From the sequence record NC_070971.1: a DNA stretch of 60,626 bases; one strand, given 5' to 3'. This document shows, piece by piece, positions 17,122 to 27,378 of the stretch. The notes under the pieces are model-generated. The model had not been told where the DNA came from. It searched no databases and worked only from the letters and a program-made list of their open reading frames with translations. The stretch is from Pseudomonas virus PBPA162. Positions within the stretch are counted from its first letter, which is position 1, and each line of letters starts with the position of its first letter. Made by a program: the position numbers and the translations under genes.

Positions 17122-20100
17122 CGCATTGCTGCCTGTGCAAGAAGGTTCTGGTAGGTTAGCTTAACGAATCGCCCTGGGGCGCCAGGAGCCTGGCATTGTA
17201 CCTCAATGTTATAGGTTCCAGCATTGAAGAAGCGCCCAAGCGTGAGGGTAAGGCTGGATTGGGACCATTCATGTACCCCGGTGTCCAACTCCACCGAACC
17301 GTCAACTAGGATGCGGAACCGATAGGGAACCGTGCCGTTTGTGTGCATTACAGAGGTCCAGGTAATTACAACCCCGCCGTAGTTAGGTAGAACAAGATTG
17401 AGCGACAGGCAAGTGCGCATATCGGTAGTACCCTGCCACTCGTCATCCCAACGGTTGTAGTTGGGGATGGTAACCGCGTTGCCAGCAATCTTAATAGTGT
17501 CAACCGACAAGTCCTGGATCTTGGCAGTACTAATAGACGCGTCAGCAATCTGCGCGCTGGCAATGGTGGCTTGGCGGATAAAGGCACCGTGCATATACAC
17601 GTTGCTTCCCTCTACCACCAGCGGGGTTACCAGCGGGTCATTAATCTGGCTGGTGGTAAAGGCAATGCGCCCAGCCTGAAGAATGATTTCACTGTTGTGC
17701 TGCGTCGGGTCGTTGAAGTCCGGTACAACCCCGATACCAATACCCGCAGTAATCAGCTTGCCGTCACTGCGTAGCTGCGTGCGAAGGGTAATAAGGGACT
17801 TCATTGCACCGTCAAGGGTGGCTTCCACTTCCTGGGTGATTTGAGCAATAGCAGTGTTCTGGTTGTCGATTTGTGCCTGCACGGTGTTGAACTGAGCGGC
17901 TACTGCGGTAAAGCCGTCAGTCGTCTGTGTGGCTAGGTTGGTGATCTGGCTCTGTAAGCCCTCACCGCCCTCGATGATGCTATCGATCTCATCACGCATA
18001 GCTTTGGTAAGCTGGCTGCGGCCAATCTGCTCGGTCAGGTACGGAAGCAACAGGTTGGGGTCTTCGGTGGGCTTACCTTCCACCGCACCCATGTTGTTGT
18101 ACCAGGGGCCTTGACGACCAGCTTTGTCCGTCACCGCAGCGAATACATAGATGCGCTGGCCAGGCTGGACGTTGTCCAGTACAGCGCTGGTAATTGGGTA
18201 CGCGTATTCGCCAAGAACCTTGGAGTTAGCCGGTCCCGGGAGCGGGTCCGTAGACACGACAATGGTGGTGTAGGCCGCAATGATTTTGCTGTTGGGGGTT
18301 AGCTCCCAGGTAATGCCTACTGACCACATGCCCGGCACTGTTTCCAGCTTGGCAATTTCCGGCAGGCCCAGGGCGGAGCCGCTCAGCTCGCCCGCCCATG
18401 TAGCCCACGGGCCGGCTGTGGCGCCAATGGCACGCACGCGCACCTGAACCTCACCCGGTGGAATGTTGGCAAGGATTGCGGTGCGCTGGGTGCTGTCAAC
18501 TAGCGTGTTCCACTCCATAGCAGCAATTGAGTACTGCAACTGGTAGGAAGTGGCGCCCACGGCTGGAGTCCACTGAATGGCTTGCTCGCCGGCGTTGGTG
18601 GTCTCAGTTACCGTAATTTGGTCAACGATGGGTCCAACCGGGGGACGCGGAAGGTTGGACCCACTTTCCGGAGGAGGTACCGGAAGGCCGTTCTCCATGG
18701 TGTAGATATGAGGAATGTATTCCAGGGCGGTGATGTTGTACGTGTCATCGCCCCGTGCTTGCACCTTGTTGACCAGGGCTTTGAGTCCTGCCTTACCCAC
18801 AGGGCCAGCCTGGTACAGCGTGCGCTCGCTACGGACACCGTCACTGATGTAGATAGCCTGGCGCTGCGCCACGGTGCCACCAACGATGCACCCGAACGAG
18901 TTAGGCTCGTTGACCAGCGACGGGTCCGGGGTGATTGGGAAGGGGCCGTGGGCACTGCCATCCCGCTTGCGGAAGGCAATGACGCAGTTGTTGTTAGGGA
19001 ACAGGATCGGCTCTGTGGTACGCAGCACGCCAGTCTGAGCGTTAAAGCTTTTAACCACACCGCTATAGCCCCAGTCCGCCACGTCGTGGCTGATTTGGAT
19101 GAGGTCATTGTAGCGAACAATCTGCCCTTCCATCTCAACGCTGAACCGGATATTGCGGCGGCGGTAACGGTTGCTTGCGGCCAGGAACATGCCTTCCCGA
19201 TAGGCCTGGTCACGATTGGTCACGCCGAACAGCTCTACCGTAGCCGCTTTGGTTGCGGCAACGTTAGGCAGCTTGCACTCTACCTCTTTCCTGGTCCAAG
19301 TGGTGCTGTCCAGGTATTGGATGATGACATAGTTGGGTGTGCTGCTGGTCGGCCAGTTGTAGTCAAAGCTCAGCGAACCCTGTACGATGTTGCGCGGTTG
19401 GAACATCTGCACTGGCAGGGACTGCGGCTCTTCGCGGATGAACTCTACTTTGCCGGCGTAGTAGATTGGCGCAGCGCGCCCGGCACGCAGAACCTTTTGC
19501 AGTGCTTCCCATACAGAGATTGTGGTGTCGAAGATGCCGTTAAACGTGTCACCCCGCGACTTCCAAATGTCGTGTAGACGGTACAACCCCGCCATATCGA
19601 TGCGGGACGTAGCCAGGCCTTTGCCATAGTCGGCGTTATGAAGGATGTCCGCAGCCGCCCATGTGATGCTATTGTCGGTAACCGGCTTTGGCGTCCAGCC
19701 CCCAGCAGGACTCCAGGTTTGCACCTTGCCAGTAGCTTCCACGGTGAAGGCCCGCATGGTGCTGCTGTTGAGCACCTCGGTAGCCTTCATCTTGAGGGCC
19801 AGCAGGGTTACGTTACCGTAGTTGAACCCATCGTCTCGCTTGAGATATGCACGCAGGCCCGCCCATTGGACATCATTCTGGATGCGGCTGTTGTCTTGGT
19901 TGGACAGGCCGGCACGGGTGGCCCACAGTGCGTACCGCCCCGGTGGCACGTCGATGATATGGGTAACGCGCTGCGGGGTCTGCGTGGCAAAACTCTGTGT
20001 GCCGGTACCCAGCTCCCGCCGCTGGCCAACCAACTGGCCCTGATCGTTGACTTGCTGAATATACGTGGTTAGCGTAACACTGGACGAGCGCACATTGCCC

Positions 20101-20993
20101 TGATCGTCAATGTGGTAGCAGCCACCTGGCCAGACAAAGTCCAGGCCCACGCGGGTTGTGATTGTACCAGGCTGGCCAACGATGTAAGGGCCAGACAGGA
20201 GACCGTTTTCCAGCTTGATGCCTTGCACAGCCTCGGACGTAACGACGTTGTCCGGGAACAGGGTTACCGCCTGGTACGGCTGCACAAGCTCAGTCTTGAC
20301 GTCCGCAAAGTTGCTTAGCGGGGTCTGGTCCATGTAGATGTTGTGAAGCTCTACCTCACCGCAGGACAGTGCGAACAACTGGTAGAGGTACTGCTCATTA
20401 CCTTCAAACTCGGTGTAGGGCTGGCTGGCCAAGTCGGGGGTAAAGCGCATTCGCCCGTACAAGCGCGGTACGGCGCTCAGCAAGCGCGCCTGGTTACCGC
20501 TGCTGGTAAGGCTATAGGTAGGGCTAGCCCCGTCCTTGCCGCTCAGGTTGGCCGCCTGGGGCTTGGGTACGCCCGCCATACCGGGCATCAGCAGGGCGGC
20601 AGAGGCAACCAATAACCACAAGGAAGCACCGCCAGTGAACGGCGCGGCTACGATGGCGGCGATGGCGGTAATGATACCCAGGCCCTTGGAGCCACCCTTC
20701 TTACCCTTGCCCGCAAGGCGCTCGACACGGATAGCGTCGCCGGGTTGCACCATGTAGTCAAATTGACCCTCGGACTCCAGCAACCAGTCTCCATTGAGTT
20801 GAACAACAAACGGCGTCATGCGCTCATACTTGCAAGCCTCGTCGTCCCATTTGACAAAGCCCAAGTCTTCGAGCAACTCGTACAGAGTTTTACCATCCGC
20901 GACCACTTGCTTGGGCGTGTGGATGTCAAACTGGTTGTAAGCCACAAGGCTTGCATGGCTGTCTTGCGGCAGCAGTTTAATGAGATCAGTCAT
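17118..20993 (-). CDS. Central tail fiber / host specificity protein J-like (with gpI-like N-terminal domain)
   Basis: 1291 aa. Its position after K-like and L-like genes matches lambda. The N-terminus is gpI-like, with a hydrophobic stretch followed by a Gly/Lys segment. Confidence 0.7.
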   Translation of the reverse strand: MTDLIKLLPQDSHASLVAYNQFDIHTPKQVVADGKTLYELLEDLGFVKWDDEACKYERMTPFVVQLNGDWLLESEGQFDYMVQPGDAIRVERLAGKGKKGGSKGLGIITAIAAIVAAPFTGGASLWLLVASAALLMPGMAGVPKPQAANLSGKDGASPTYSLTSSGNQARLLSAVPRLYGRMRFTPDLASQPYTEFEGNEQYLYQLFALSCGEVELHNIYMDQTPLSNFADVKTELVQPYQAVTLFPDNVVTSEAVQGIKLENGLLSGPYIVGQPGTITTRVGLDFVWPGGCYHIDDQGNVRSSSVTLTTYIQQVNDQGQLVGQRRELGTGTQSFATQTPQRVTHIIDVPPGRYALWATRAGLSNQDNSRIQNDVQWAGLRAYLKRDDGFNYGNVTLLALKMKATEVLNSSTMRAFTVEATGKVQTWSPAGGWTPKPVTDNSITWAAADILHNADYGKGLATSRIDMAGLYRLHDIWKSRGDTFNGIFDTTISVWEALQKVLRAGRAAPIYYAGKVEFIREEPQSLPVQMFQPRNIVQGSLSFDYNWPTSSTPNYVIIQYLDSTTWTRKEVECKLPNVAATKAATVELFGVTNRDQAYREGMFLAASNRYRRRNIRFSVEMEGQIVRYNDLIQISHDVADWGYSGVVKSFNAQTGVLRTTEPILFPNNNCVIAFRKRDGSAHGPFPITPDPSLVNEPNSFGCIVGGTVAQRQAIYISDGVRSERTLYQAGPVGKAGLKALVNKVQARGDDTYNITALEYIPHIYTMENGLPVPPPESGSNLPRPPVGPIVDQITVTETTNAGEQAIQWTPAVGATSYQLQYSIAAMEWNTLVDSTQRTAILANIPPGEVQVRVRAIGATAGPWATWAGELSGSALGLPEIAKLETVPGMWSVGITWELTPNSKIIAAYTTIVVSTDPLPGPANSKVLGEYAYPITSAVLDNVQPGQRIYVFAAVTDKAGRQGPWYNNMGAVEGKPTEDPNLLLPYLTEQIGRSQLTKAMRDEIDSIIEGGEGLQSQITNLATQTTDGFTAVAAQFNTVQAQIDNQNTAIAQITQEVEATLDGAMKSLITLRTQLRSDGKLITAGIGIGVVPDFNDPTQHNSEIILQAGRIAFTTSQINDPLVTPLVVEGSNVYMHGAFIRQATIASAQIADASISTAKIQDLSVDTIKIAGNAVTIPNYNRWDDEWQGTTDMRTCLSLNLVLPNYGGVVITWTSVMHTNGTVPYRFRILVDGSVELDTGVHEWSQSSLTLTLGRFFNAGTYNIEVQCQAPGAPGRFVKLTYQNLLAQAAMR

Positions 20994-21385
20994 TCGAGAA
21001 TCCTGTAGAATTTAAGCCGGCCGAATCCCATGTTGCGCAGGACCGAAGGGGAAGTAGCAATGACGCCAAAATCTTCGCAGCAATGTAGCACCTTACCCCC
21101 GTCGATGTCTAGGTAAAGCCCTACGTGCGGCCAGTCCCCATCGCGCATACGCACTGCATCACCGTGTTGCGGCTCGCTTACAAGGCGCCACTTGCCAGCA
21201 GCCACCTGTCCATCGTACACAGCCTTGCAACCAACCCTATCACCGATGGGCGCGAAGGGCAGTTGCTTGCCGAAGTACGTGCGCATGCAGTGCTGTAGGA
21301 AGTGCCAGCAGTCCCACTCGTCCGGGCCGTCCGCCCCAGCGCGGTACGCCATGCCAATGTACTTGGACGCTTCTTCCCCAGTCAT
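20990..21385 (-). CDS. NlpC/P60-family tail assembly protein (gpK-like)
   Basis: Cys-His signature (DCWHF...H) in the position of gpK. Confidence 0.55.
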   Translation of the reverse strand: MTGEEASKYIGMAYRAGADGPDEWDCWHFLQHCMRTYFGKQLPFAPIGDRVGCKAVYDGQVAAGKWRLVSEPQHGDAVRMRDGDWPHVGLYLDIDGGKVLHCCEDFGVIATSPSVLRNMGFGRLKFYRILE

Positions 21386-21918
21386 CGTACCAACCCCTTG
21401 AAGATTTCCGGTTTGTAGGTTTTGTTGGGGAAGGGCCAGTTGTGCACCTCCTCCAAGGTGGCGGTACCGCTAACCATGAAGATGTCCACCGTTACCTGTG
21501 CCAGTTCGAACATGAACGGCACGTCCACTTCCGGGCCTACCAGGCGGTTGGAGTCCAGGTAAGGGCGGTAGTACATCTTGAACGGTTCGTAGGAAATAGC
21601 AGCCTGCTCGATATGGCGGGTCAGGTCGCGGCCAACGTTAGCCAGGCGGACGGAAAGCTGAGGCATCTGCCCTTCACCCACGTCCGGCAGCGTAAAGTCG
21701 AAGTCGGCAGCAGTGAACTTGACCACCTGTCCGCCGTCCATCGGTGCACCCGGTTCCAACCGTGCCTCTAGGTCGTCGTGGCCGATACACAGGCGAACAG
21801 CCATGTGGTTACCATCGTCATCCTGGAGCAGCGGGTGATGCAGCTCCAGGGTATCGTACATTAGCTCTTCGTTATTGACTGAAGCGATAGCCTCAATGCA
21901 TGCTTTGCTGTAGCTCAT
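21382..21918 (-). CDS. Minor tail protein (gpL-like position)
   Basis: Gene order M-L-K-I/J. Confidence 0.45.
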   Translation of the reverse strand: MSYSKACIEAIASVNNEELMYDTLELHHPLLQDDDGNHMAVRLCIGHDDLEARLEPGAPMDGGQVVKFTAADFDFTLPDVGEGQMPQLSVRLANVGRDLTRHIEQAAISYEPFKMYYRPYLDSNRLVGPEVDVPFMFELAQVTVDIFMVSGTATLEEVHNWPFPNKTYKPEIFKGLVR

Positions 21919-22742
21919 TCTACATAATCCTCTGCGAAGTATCCGTCACTATACCCGTTGATGTCCCCTGGTGCAAAGCCAGCGGCTTCCTGATAATCGT
22001 TGTAGTTAATGATGGGCAAGTCTTCCGTTGTCACTTCGAATGACACCTCATATATACCGTTGTAAGGACGCTCAACCGGGGTTCCGCTGAACTGGGCACG
22101 CACCTGGGTAAAGCCGCCCAGCGCCGCAGGCACCTTGCTACGCCAGAAGAAGGCCCCGCCGCAAAGCGTGTGGTAGTAGAACTGAATGAAGATTTCACGC
22201 TGGTCCGGCGTCAGGATGACGCTATGCTGAAACTTGCCAACCTGATTCAAACGGCGTACCCGGCTTTCCGGGGTACTTTGCGGGTTGATGTCGGACAGGA
22301 TAAGCGGGTCAACCCTGCTCATGCTGTACTGGTCGGATTCGTAGTCGGGGAGCTGGGATGGCCACACAGGCAGCACACCCTTGGCCGGGTAGGCAAACTT
22401 GGGCATACGCTGCATAAAGCGACCGCTCACCTTCCACCGCCCGCCAGGTTGGGGCGTGTAGGTGGGAGCTCCGTCCAGGCACCGCACGTTAATCATGGTG
22501 TTACCGGGGCCGGGTAGGTCAACCCAGTTGTTTCCAAAGGCGTTGTCGTAACGCATCCATCCGTCAAAGATGCCGCGTTGGTGCATGCTTAGATCCCAGG
22601 TAAACGTCATCACAAGGGGGTTGGAAGCCCCCTTGCGACGTACGCGGGTAGTGTCATCATCCATCTTAGTCCCCTTTTGGGGACTAAGATAGGAACCCTG
22701 GTATCCTTCACGCACCGGTCGGGGTAACGTGGTCGGGTACAT
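21915..22742 (-). CDS. Minor tail / distal tail protein (gpM-like position)
   Basis: Immediately follows the tape measure gene. Confidence 0.4.
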   Translation of the reverse strand: MYPTTLPRPVREGYQGSYLSPQKGTKMDDDTTRVRRKGASNPLVMTFTWDLSMHQRGIFDGWMRYDNAFGNNWVDLPGPGNTMINVRCLDGAPTYTPQPGGRWKVSGRFMQRMPKFAYPAKGVLPVWPSQLPDYESDQYSMSRVDPLILSDINPQSTPESRVRRLNQVGKFQHSVILTPDQREIFIQFYYHTLCGGAFFWRSKVPAALGGFTQVRAQFSGTPVERPYNGIYEVSFEVTTEDLPIINYNDYQEAAGFAPGDINGYSDGYFAEDYVE

Positions 22743-25700
22743 TAGTTAGCTCCAATGCTCGGTTGTAGGTTGAATGCGTCTTTGGTTGCGTCAAACAGCT
22801 CGCCGCGACGGTTACGCATTTGGCCAGCCAGGTTATCCGATACTTGGTCGATCAGGACGGTCAGGTTGAGGTTACCTTTCTCGTCTTGCTCTTCCCTGGT
22901 AGTCACTTGCGCACCAGCGTTGTTGATGATCTGAATGTTAACGCCAGAGTTGCCATTGTACGGCGAACCACCGTTATTAGCAACCAAGGAACTAGCCCGT
23001 CCGCTTGCCAATGCTTCCAGGTTGTTAACACCCAGCCTTCGAGTAGCTTGAGCGTTGAAGACGTATTCTTGGCCGTGTACAACACCTGCCACCTGTTTGG
23101 TTCCGTAGTTGCCGGTGTACCCGCCCTTCTCGTACCCCGCCACGTTCTGGCTCTTAATAGCCTGCACGTTGGCCAGGCCCGCCACAATGGCCGCACCAGC
23201 CGCAGCAGCACCCAGGGCAGGGCCTACAATGGGTATGCCCGCCATCGCCGCGTACGCAGCCGTAGCGGCCTGGTACGTGTTGATTACGGCCTGGGCAATG
23301 GCAGCAGCCTTACCGATGGCTGCCAGCTTCTTGTTACCGCTGCTGGACATCTGTGCCATCATGCCAAAGAAGCTATCCGCCTGTGCCAGGTACTTACCGA
23401 CGTACTCCACCTGGGCTTGGTACTTCAGCTTTTCAGCGGTTTGAGCGCTAATAACGTCAGCCTGCCTAGCCGCATCAATGCGCGCAAGGAAGTCCTTGTA
23501 TTGCTGCTCGTATGCGTTCCAAGCCTCGATAGTACCTTGCATGGCGTCTTCGCCAAAGATGTTAACCACAGACTGGGCTGCCTGGCCGCCGCTAATCTGA
23601 CCGGAGCGCTTGAGGTCACCTGTTGCGCCAATGCGGTCGATTTCGTCGCGCTGCTTATAGACAGTGTCCTGCAACACGGCATTGCGGGCTGCGTTCGCAC
23701 GGGCCGCTTCACGCTCCGCCTCGACACGACGCTTGATAGCCTCGGTGGCTTCGTTAGTGAGCTGGATGTTCTTGCTTTCCAGATCCCGACGAATTTCGAG
23801 CATCTTAGCCGCGTCCTGCTGGGCGTCACCAACCAGCTTATAGGACTCGATTTGCTCATCCAGCTTGCGGGTTGCCGCACCGATGGGGTCCAGGGCATCC
23901 CGATACTTTTGACGCAGGCGTTCCATAATTCGGACTGCTTCTTCCTGCGAAATAAGCATCTTCTTGGTTGCCGGGTCCATGGTTTGGGTAGCCTTGGTGA
24001 GCACTTCCTGAGCTCGGGCGAGCCGCTTGATGGCGTTTTCGGTAGGGTCAACCTCACCGCGAACGTTGGCCAATGCCTTCTTGAGCTTTTCCAGTTCCCG
24101 TGCAGCTTTCTTAGCGGCCTTGTCGTCCACGCCAGCCGTTTGGGTAAGGTTGGCACCTTCACCACGAAGCTGGGCCTCTTGCAGGGCCTTGGCGTCCTTG
24201 ATGCGCTGGTTAGCGATTTCCCGGGACCGCTTACCGATAACGTCAAACACCTTACCAACGTAGTCCACATTCATGGCGTCAGTGAAAGACTTCTTCAGTT
24301 CATCTAGAGCGGCTTTGTTGTTTTCACCAATCTCGATGCGCGGAAGTTCAATCTTGGTTTTGTCCAGGAACTCGGTCAGGCCTTTGGCCGCCTGCGGGGC
24401 GAAGTAGGCCATGCCTTCTGCAATTTTACGCAGTGCAATTTGCCAGCCATTGAGTAGCGTTTCGATGGCACTGATACCAACGTTGGCGGCGCTCTTCATG
24501 ATGCCGTCCATGTACTTCGGCCAGTTGTCCCACAGCTTGGTCGCCGCGTCATACGCACCCACAAAGGTGCCGATCAACGTGTTGGCGTTGTTCTTCATGA
24601 CCGAAGCAAGATAAGCGCCAAGGTTACGGAACTGCTCACCCCAGCCGTCGGTTTTGGCAGACAGCCAGTCAATAGCCACACCCCAAGCCGCACGCACAGC
24701 GTCCGCAGCGATTACCAGGCCGTCACCCATCACGGATAGCGTTCCTTTGGCAACATCTTTCAGGGTAACTACCTTGTCTTCGGTGACTTTGATCTGGTCG
24801 CCGAAGTAGTACAGGGCAGCGGCAGCAGCGGCAACAGCGCCCGCAATGAGGCCGATGGGGTTGGCCAGCAGGGCGGCGTTGACGCCAAAGATAGCGGTCT
24901 TCAGACGGTTGAGGTTGGCAATGAGGCCGGGACCAAGGTTGACAGCCATGGCAGTGCCAAGGCCTACGACGGCTACCGTGGTTAGCTCCATGTTCTTACC
25001 AAGGGCCAGCATAGCGGTAGACATTGCCCGCGTGATGCCGGTAGCCTTGTCGAACTCACCAACGCTTTGCAGGAAGTTGTTCCGCAGAACGTTGAACGAC
25101 TGGCCCAGCGTCGGGATGGTCTTCTTGAAGCGCTCGTCAATGTCAGCAGCCGCCGCGCTAAATGCTTCACGCATAACTTGAGACGTAATCTTGCTGTCAC
25201 TTGATAGCTTCTTCAGCTCGGACCGGGTGACCCCCAGCCGTTTGGCAATCATATCCGCAACCACAGGCAAGTTCTCCATGATGGAGCGGAATTCGTCACC
25301 TTGCAACCTGCCGGAGCCGAATGCCTGTGCCAACTGGAGCAGGCCCGCCGCCGATTCGGTGGCAGTAGCTCCCGACACAACGATAGCCTTGTTGATGGTT
25401 TCGGTCATGCGCAGGGTTTCAGCCTGCCCAGCCCCAAGGTCGCGCATCGCCAAGTCAAAGCGTTGGAAGGATGTAGCAACGTCCTGTACCGGCTGGCGGG
25501 TGCGGTCGGCCAGTTCAAACATTTCCTTGGTCAGTCGGTTGACCGTTTCCATGCTTGGGGCCAAGTTGACCAGCTTGTTACCCAGAGCGGTGTATGCGTC
25601 GGCCATGCCGAGCACTTCCTTTGCGCCCATGCTGACACCAGTAGCCCCAGCCACCGCGCCAAGCGCCCCAGCAGTACCAGGCCCAGACACTTGCGGACGG

Positions 25701-26584
25701 TTGCGAAGTTCCTGGTTGGCTTTACGCTGGGCTTCGGCCAGGCGCAAGGCTGCCAGGGCGGCACGGTCGTTTGCAGCCGCCGCATTGGCCGCCTGCGTGC
25801 GCTGCCGCTGCTGTTCGGTGGCCAGGCGCTGGGTAGCTACCTGTGCGTTGGTAGCGGCTGTTGCTGCGCGGCTTTGGGCCGCTGCCACGTTGGATAACGC
25901 AGCTTGCGCTTGCGCGGCTGCCGTGGCGGTGCGTTGCTGTTCCGTGTTGAAGCGCTGTTGGGCCGTGGCGGCCTGAGCCTGGGACGCGGCCAAGCGGGAT
26001 TGCGCTTGCTGAACCTGAACAGCCGCCGCTGCGGTACGCTGCTGTTCGGTTGCAAGACGCTGTGCTTCTACCGCAGCACGGGCCGTTGCCGTAGCAAGGT
26101 TCTGCAGAGCGGTCTGTGCAGCAGTCTGCGCAGCAGTCATGCGGGCCGATTCGGCCGTCGCGCGGGACTGCGCCTGGCTTAGCTTGGCCAGTTCCTGGTT
26201 AGCCCGTGCCTCTGCTGCTACAGCCTTCTGCAAGGCCGCCTCAGTACCCGCCATTGCCGCCTGTAACTTCTGCTGCTCTACCGCAACTTTGGATTGGCTA
26301 ATGGCAAGCTTGGCGTTGGCTGCGTCCAGCTTACTGGCTGCTGTGGCCAGTTTGGTATTGGATACCGCAAGCTGGTCATTCGACTTGATAACGCTTTGGG
26401 CAGTGCGCAACATCCGGTTGAGGTCAGTAACCACACTGGCGCCCAACTTGATGCCGCCAAGCGTCTTGTTTAGCTTAGTGATATTTTCGTGTGCAAGAAT
26501 GGCGGCAGAAGACAGGGAGCGCACACGCTCAACCGCCTTTTCGCCGCCAGTCTCGCGAATGACAATATCAATTTGATCGGACAT
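22742..26584 (-). CDS. Tail tape measure protein
   Basis: 1280 aa, highly alpha-helical and Ala/Gln-rich with internal tandem repeats. Its position after the chaperones fits. Confidence 0.85.
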   Translation of the reverse strand: MSDQIDIVIRETGGEKAVERVRSLSSAAILAHENITKLNKTLGGIKLGASVVTDLNRMLRTAQSVIKSNDQLAVSNTKLATAASKLDAANAKLAISQSKVAVEQQKLQAAMAGTEAALQKAVAAEARANQELAKLSQAQSRATAESARMTAAQTAAQTALQNLATATARAAVEAQRLATEQQRTAAAAVQVQQAQSRLAASQAQAATAQQRFNTEQQRTATAAAQAQAALSNVAAAQSRAATAATNAQVATQRLATEQQRQRTQAANAAAANDRAALAALRLAEAQRKANQELRNRPQVSGPGTAGALGAVAGATGVSMGAKEVLGMADAYTALGNKLVNLAPSMETVNRLTKEMFELADRTRQPVQDVATSFQRFDLAMRDLGAGQAETLRMTETINKAIVVSGATATESAAGLLQLAQAFGSGRLQGDEFRSIMENLPVVADMIAKRLGVTRSELKKLSSDSKITSQVMREAFSAAAADIDERFKKTIPTLGQSFNVLRNNFLQSVGEFDKATGITRAMSTAMLALGKNMELTTVAVVGLGTAMAVNLGPGLIANLNRLKTAIFGVNAALLANPIGLIAGAVAAAAAALYYFGDQIKVTEDKVVTLKDVAKGTLSVMGDGLVIAADAVRAAWGVAIDWLSAKTDGWGEQFRNLGAYLASVMKNNANTLIGTFVGAYDAATKLWDNWPKYMDGIMKSAANVGISAIETLLNGWQIALRKIAEGMAYFAPQAAKGLTEFLDKTKIELPRIEIGENNKAALDELKKSFTDAMNVDYVGKVFDVIGKRSREIANQRIKDAKALQEAQLRGEGANLTQTAGVDDKAAKKAARELEKLKKALANVRGEVDPTENAIKRLARAQEVLTKATQTMDPATKKMLISQEEAVRIMERLRQKYRDALDPIGAATRKLDEQIESYKLVGDAQQDAAKMLEIRRDLESKNIQLTNEATEAIKRRVEAEREAARANAARNAVLQDTVYKQRDEIDRIGATGDLKRSGQISGGQAAQSVVNIFGEDAMQGTIEAWNAYEQQYKDFLARIDAARQADVISAQTAEKLKYQAQVEYVGKYLAQADSFFGMMAQMSSSGNKKLAAIGKAAAIAQAVINTYQAATAAYAAMAGIPIVGPALGAAAAGAAIVAGLANVQAIKSQNVAGYEKGGYTGNYGTKQVAGVVHGQEYVFNAQATRRLGVNNLEALASGRASSLVANNGGSPYNGNSGVNIQIINNAGAQVTTREEQDEKGNLNLTVLIDQVSDNLAGQMRNRRGELFDATKDAFNLQPSIGAN

Positions 26585-27017
26585 AACGTCCCCCTATCAG
26601 TTTCACCTTATGCATGGCTTCGATGCCCTTGGCGATAGCATTCTTGGTCATGCCTTCCGGAGCTTGTGGGGACCACCCTTCGTCCAGATCGGTAATGTAG
26701 CTTAGGTTGTTACCGATATGAACTACGTCTTCCCCAATAAGGGTGTCAAGCATTTGCACACCCTGCGCGATTGTAGCACGCACGTTTGCCGGACGGGTAC
26801 TCTGATATTTTCCGGGCGCATGTGGCGCAATTAGATACGCCACCGGCTGGTTAATAGCAACACGCCAGTTAGACACGGCAAGGCCCGTATCAACTGGCGT
26901 GGTATTGGCTAGCTCGGTCAGGACAACTACCGCAACTTCCCGCTTCATCTCTACGATGTTGTACTCCATATCGGAAGCGGTTTTCTTCATCTTGGCAGCG
27001 AACTGTTTAAGGTTCAT
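26568..27017 (-). CDS. HK97 gp10-like protein
   Basis: Motif TPVDTGLAVSNWRV resembles the HK97 gp10-family signature PVDTGxLRxSW. Confidence 0.45.
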   Translation of the reverse strand: MNLKQFAAKMKKTASDMEYNIVEMKREVAVVVLTELANTTPVDTGLAVSNWRVAINQPVAYLIAPHAPGKYQSTRPANVRATIAQGVQMLDTLIGEDVVHIGNNLSYITDLDEGWSPQAPEGMTKNAIAKGIEAMHKVKLIGGRYVRSN

Positions 27018-27358
27018 TTCTGCACCCCTTTGGACGCTCGATTACGGGCTTCCGTCAATTTGTTGCTCTGATAGTTGCAATACGCCTTATCAAGCTCTTG
27101 TATCACACGAATGGCATACTTACGGTCTTCCTTGTTGTACCACTCGTTTTCGTCTAACCACACAAGGATCTCGCTGTAGGGTATTGGCCCTTCCCCTATC
27201 TCAGTCATGGCACGGCTGCTAGATAGTTCCCGCATAGCCTCTAGGTACACGTCAAGGCCTGGAAGTAGCTGCGGCGCGTTGCGCATGGCTTCAGGCAAAG
27301 GCCCGCCGAATTGGCGGGCCTTCTCCATGACTACGGCTTCATCCTTACCGTAGGTCAA
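27014..27358 (-). CDS. Tail assembly chaperone T-frame extension. Expressed as a G-T fusion by -1 frameshift, with no own ATG.
   Basis: The ORF is in the -1 frame relative to G. It is open from the slippery site through 27014 and begins only with TTG. Confidence 0.5.
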   Translation of the reverse strand: MTYGKDEAVVMEKARQFGGPLPEAMRNAPQLLPGLDVYLEAMRELSSSRAMTEIGEGPIPYSEILVWLDENEWYNKEDRKYAIRVIQELDKAYCNYQSNKLTEARNRASKGVQK

Positions 27359-27378
27359 CTGATAGAGGAGGACCTCTG

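Noticed and set aside
18582-19577. 331-aa plus-strand ORF inside the gpJ-like gene
   Set aside because: It is embedded in a 1291-aa minus-strand structural gene. It has no RBS and is a shadow ORF.
22820-26576. Multiple long ORFs on the plus strand across the tape measure gene (e.g. 22820..24307, 25191..25976)
   Set aside because: These are Ala/Arg/Ser-rich reverse-frame translations of the Ala/Gln-rich TMP gene. They are not independent genes.
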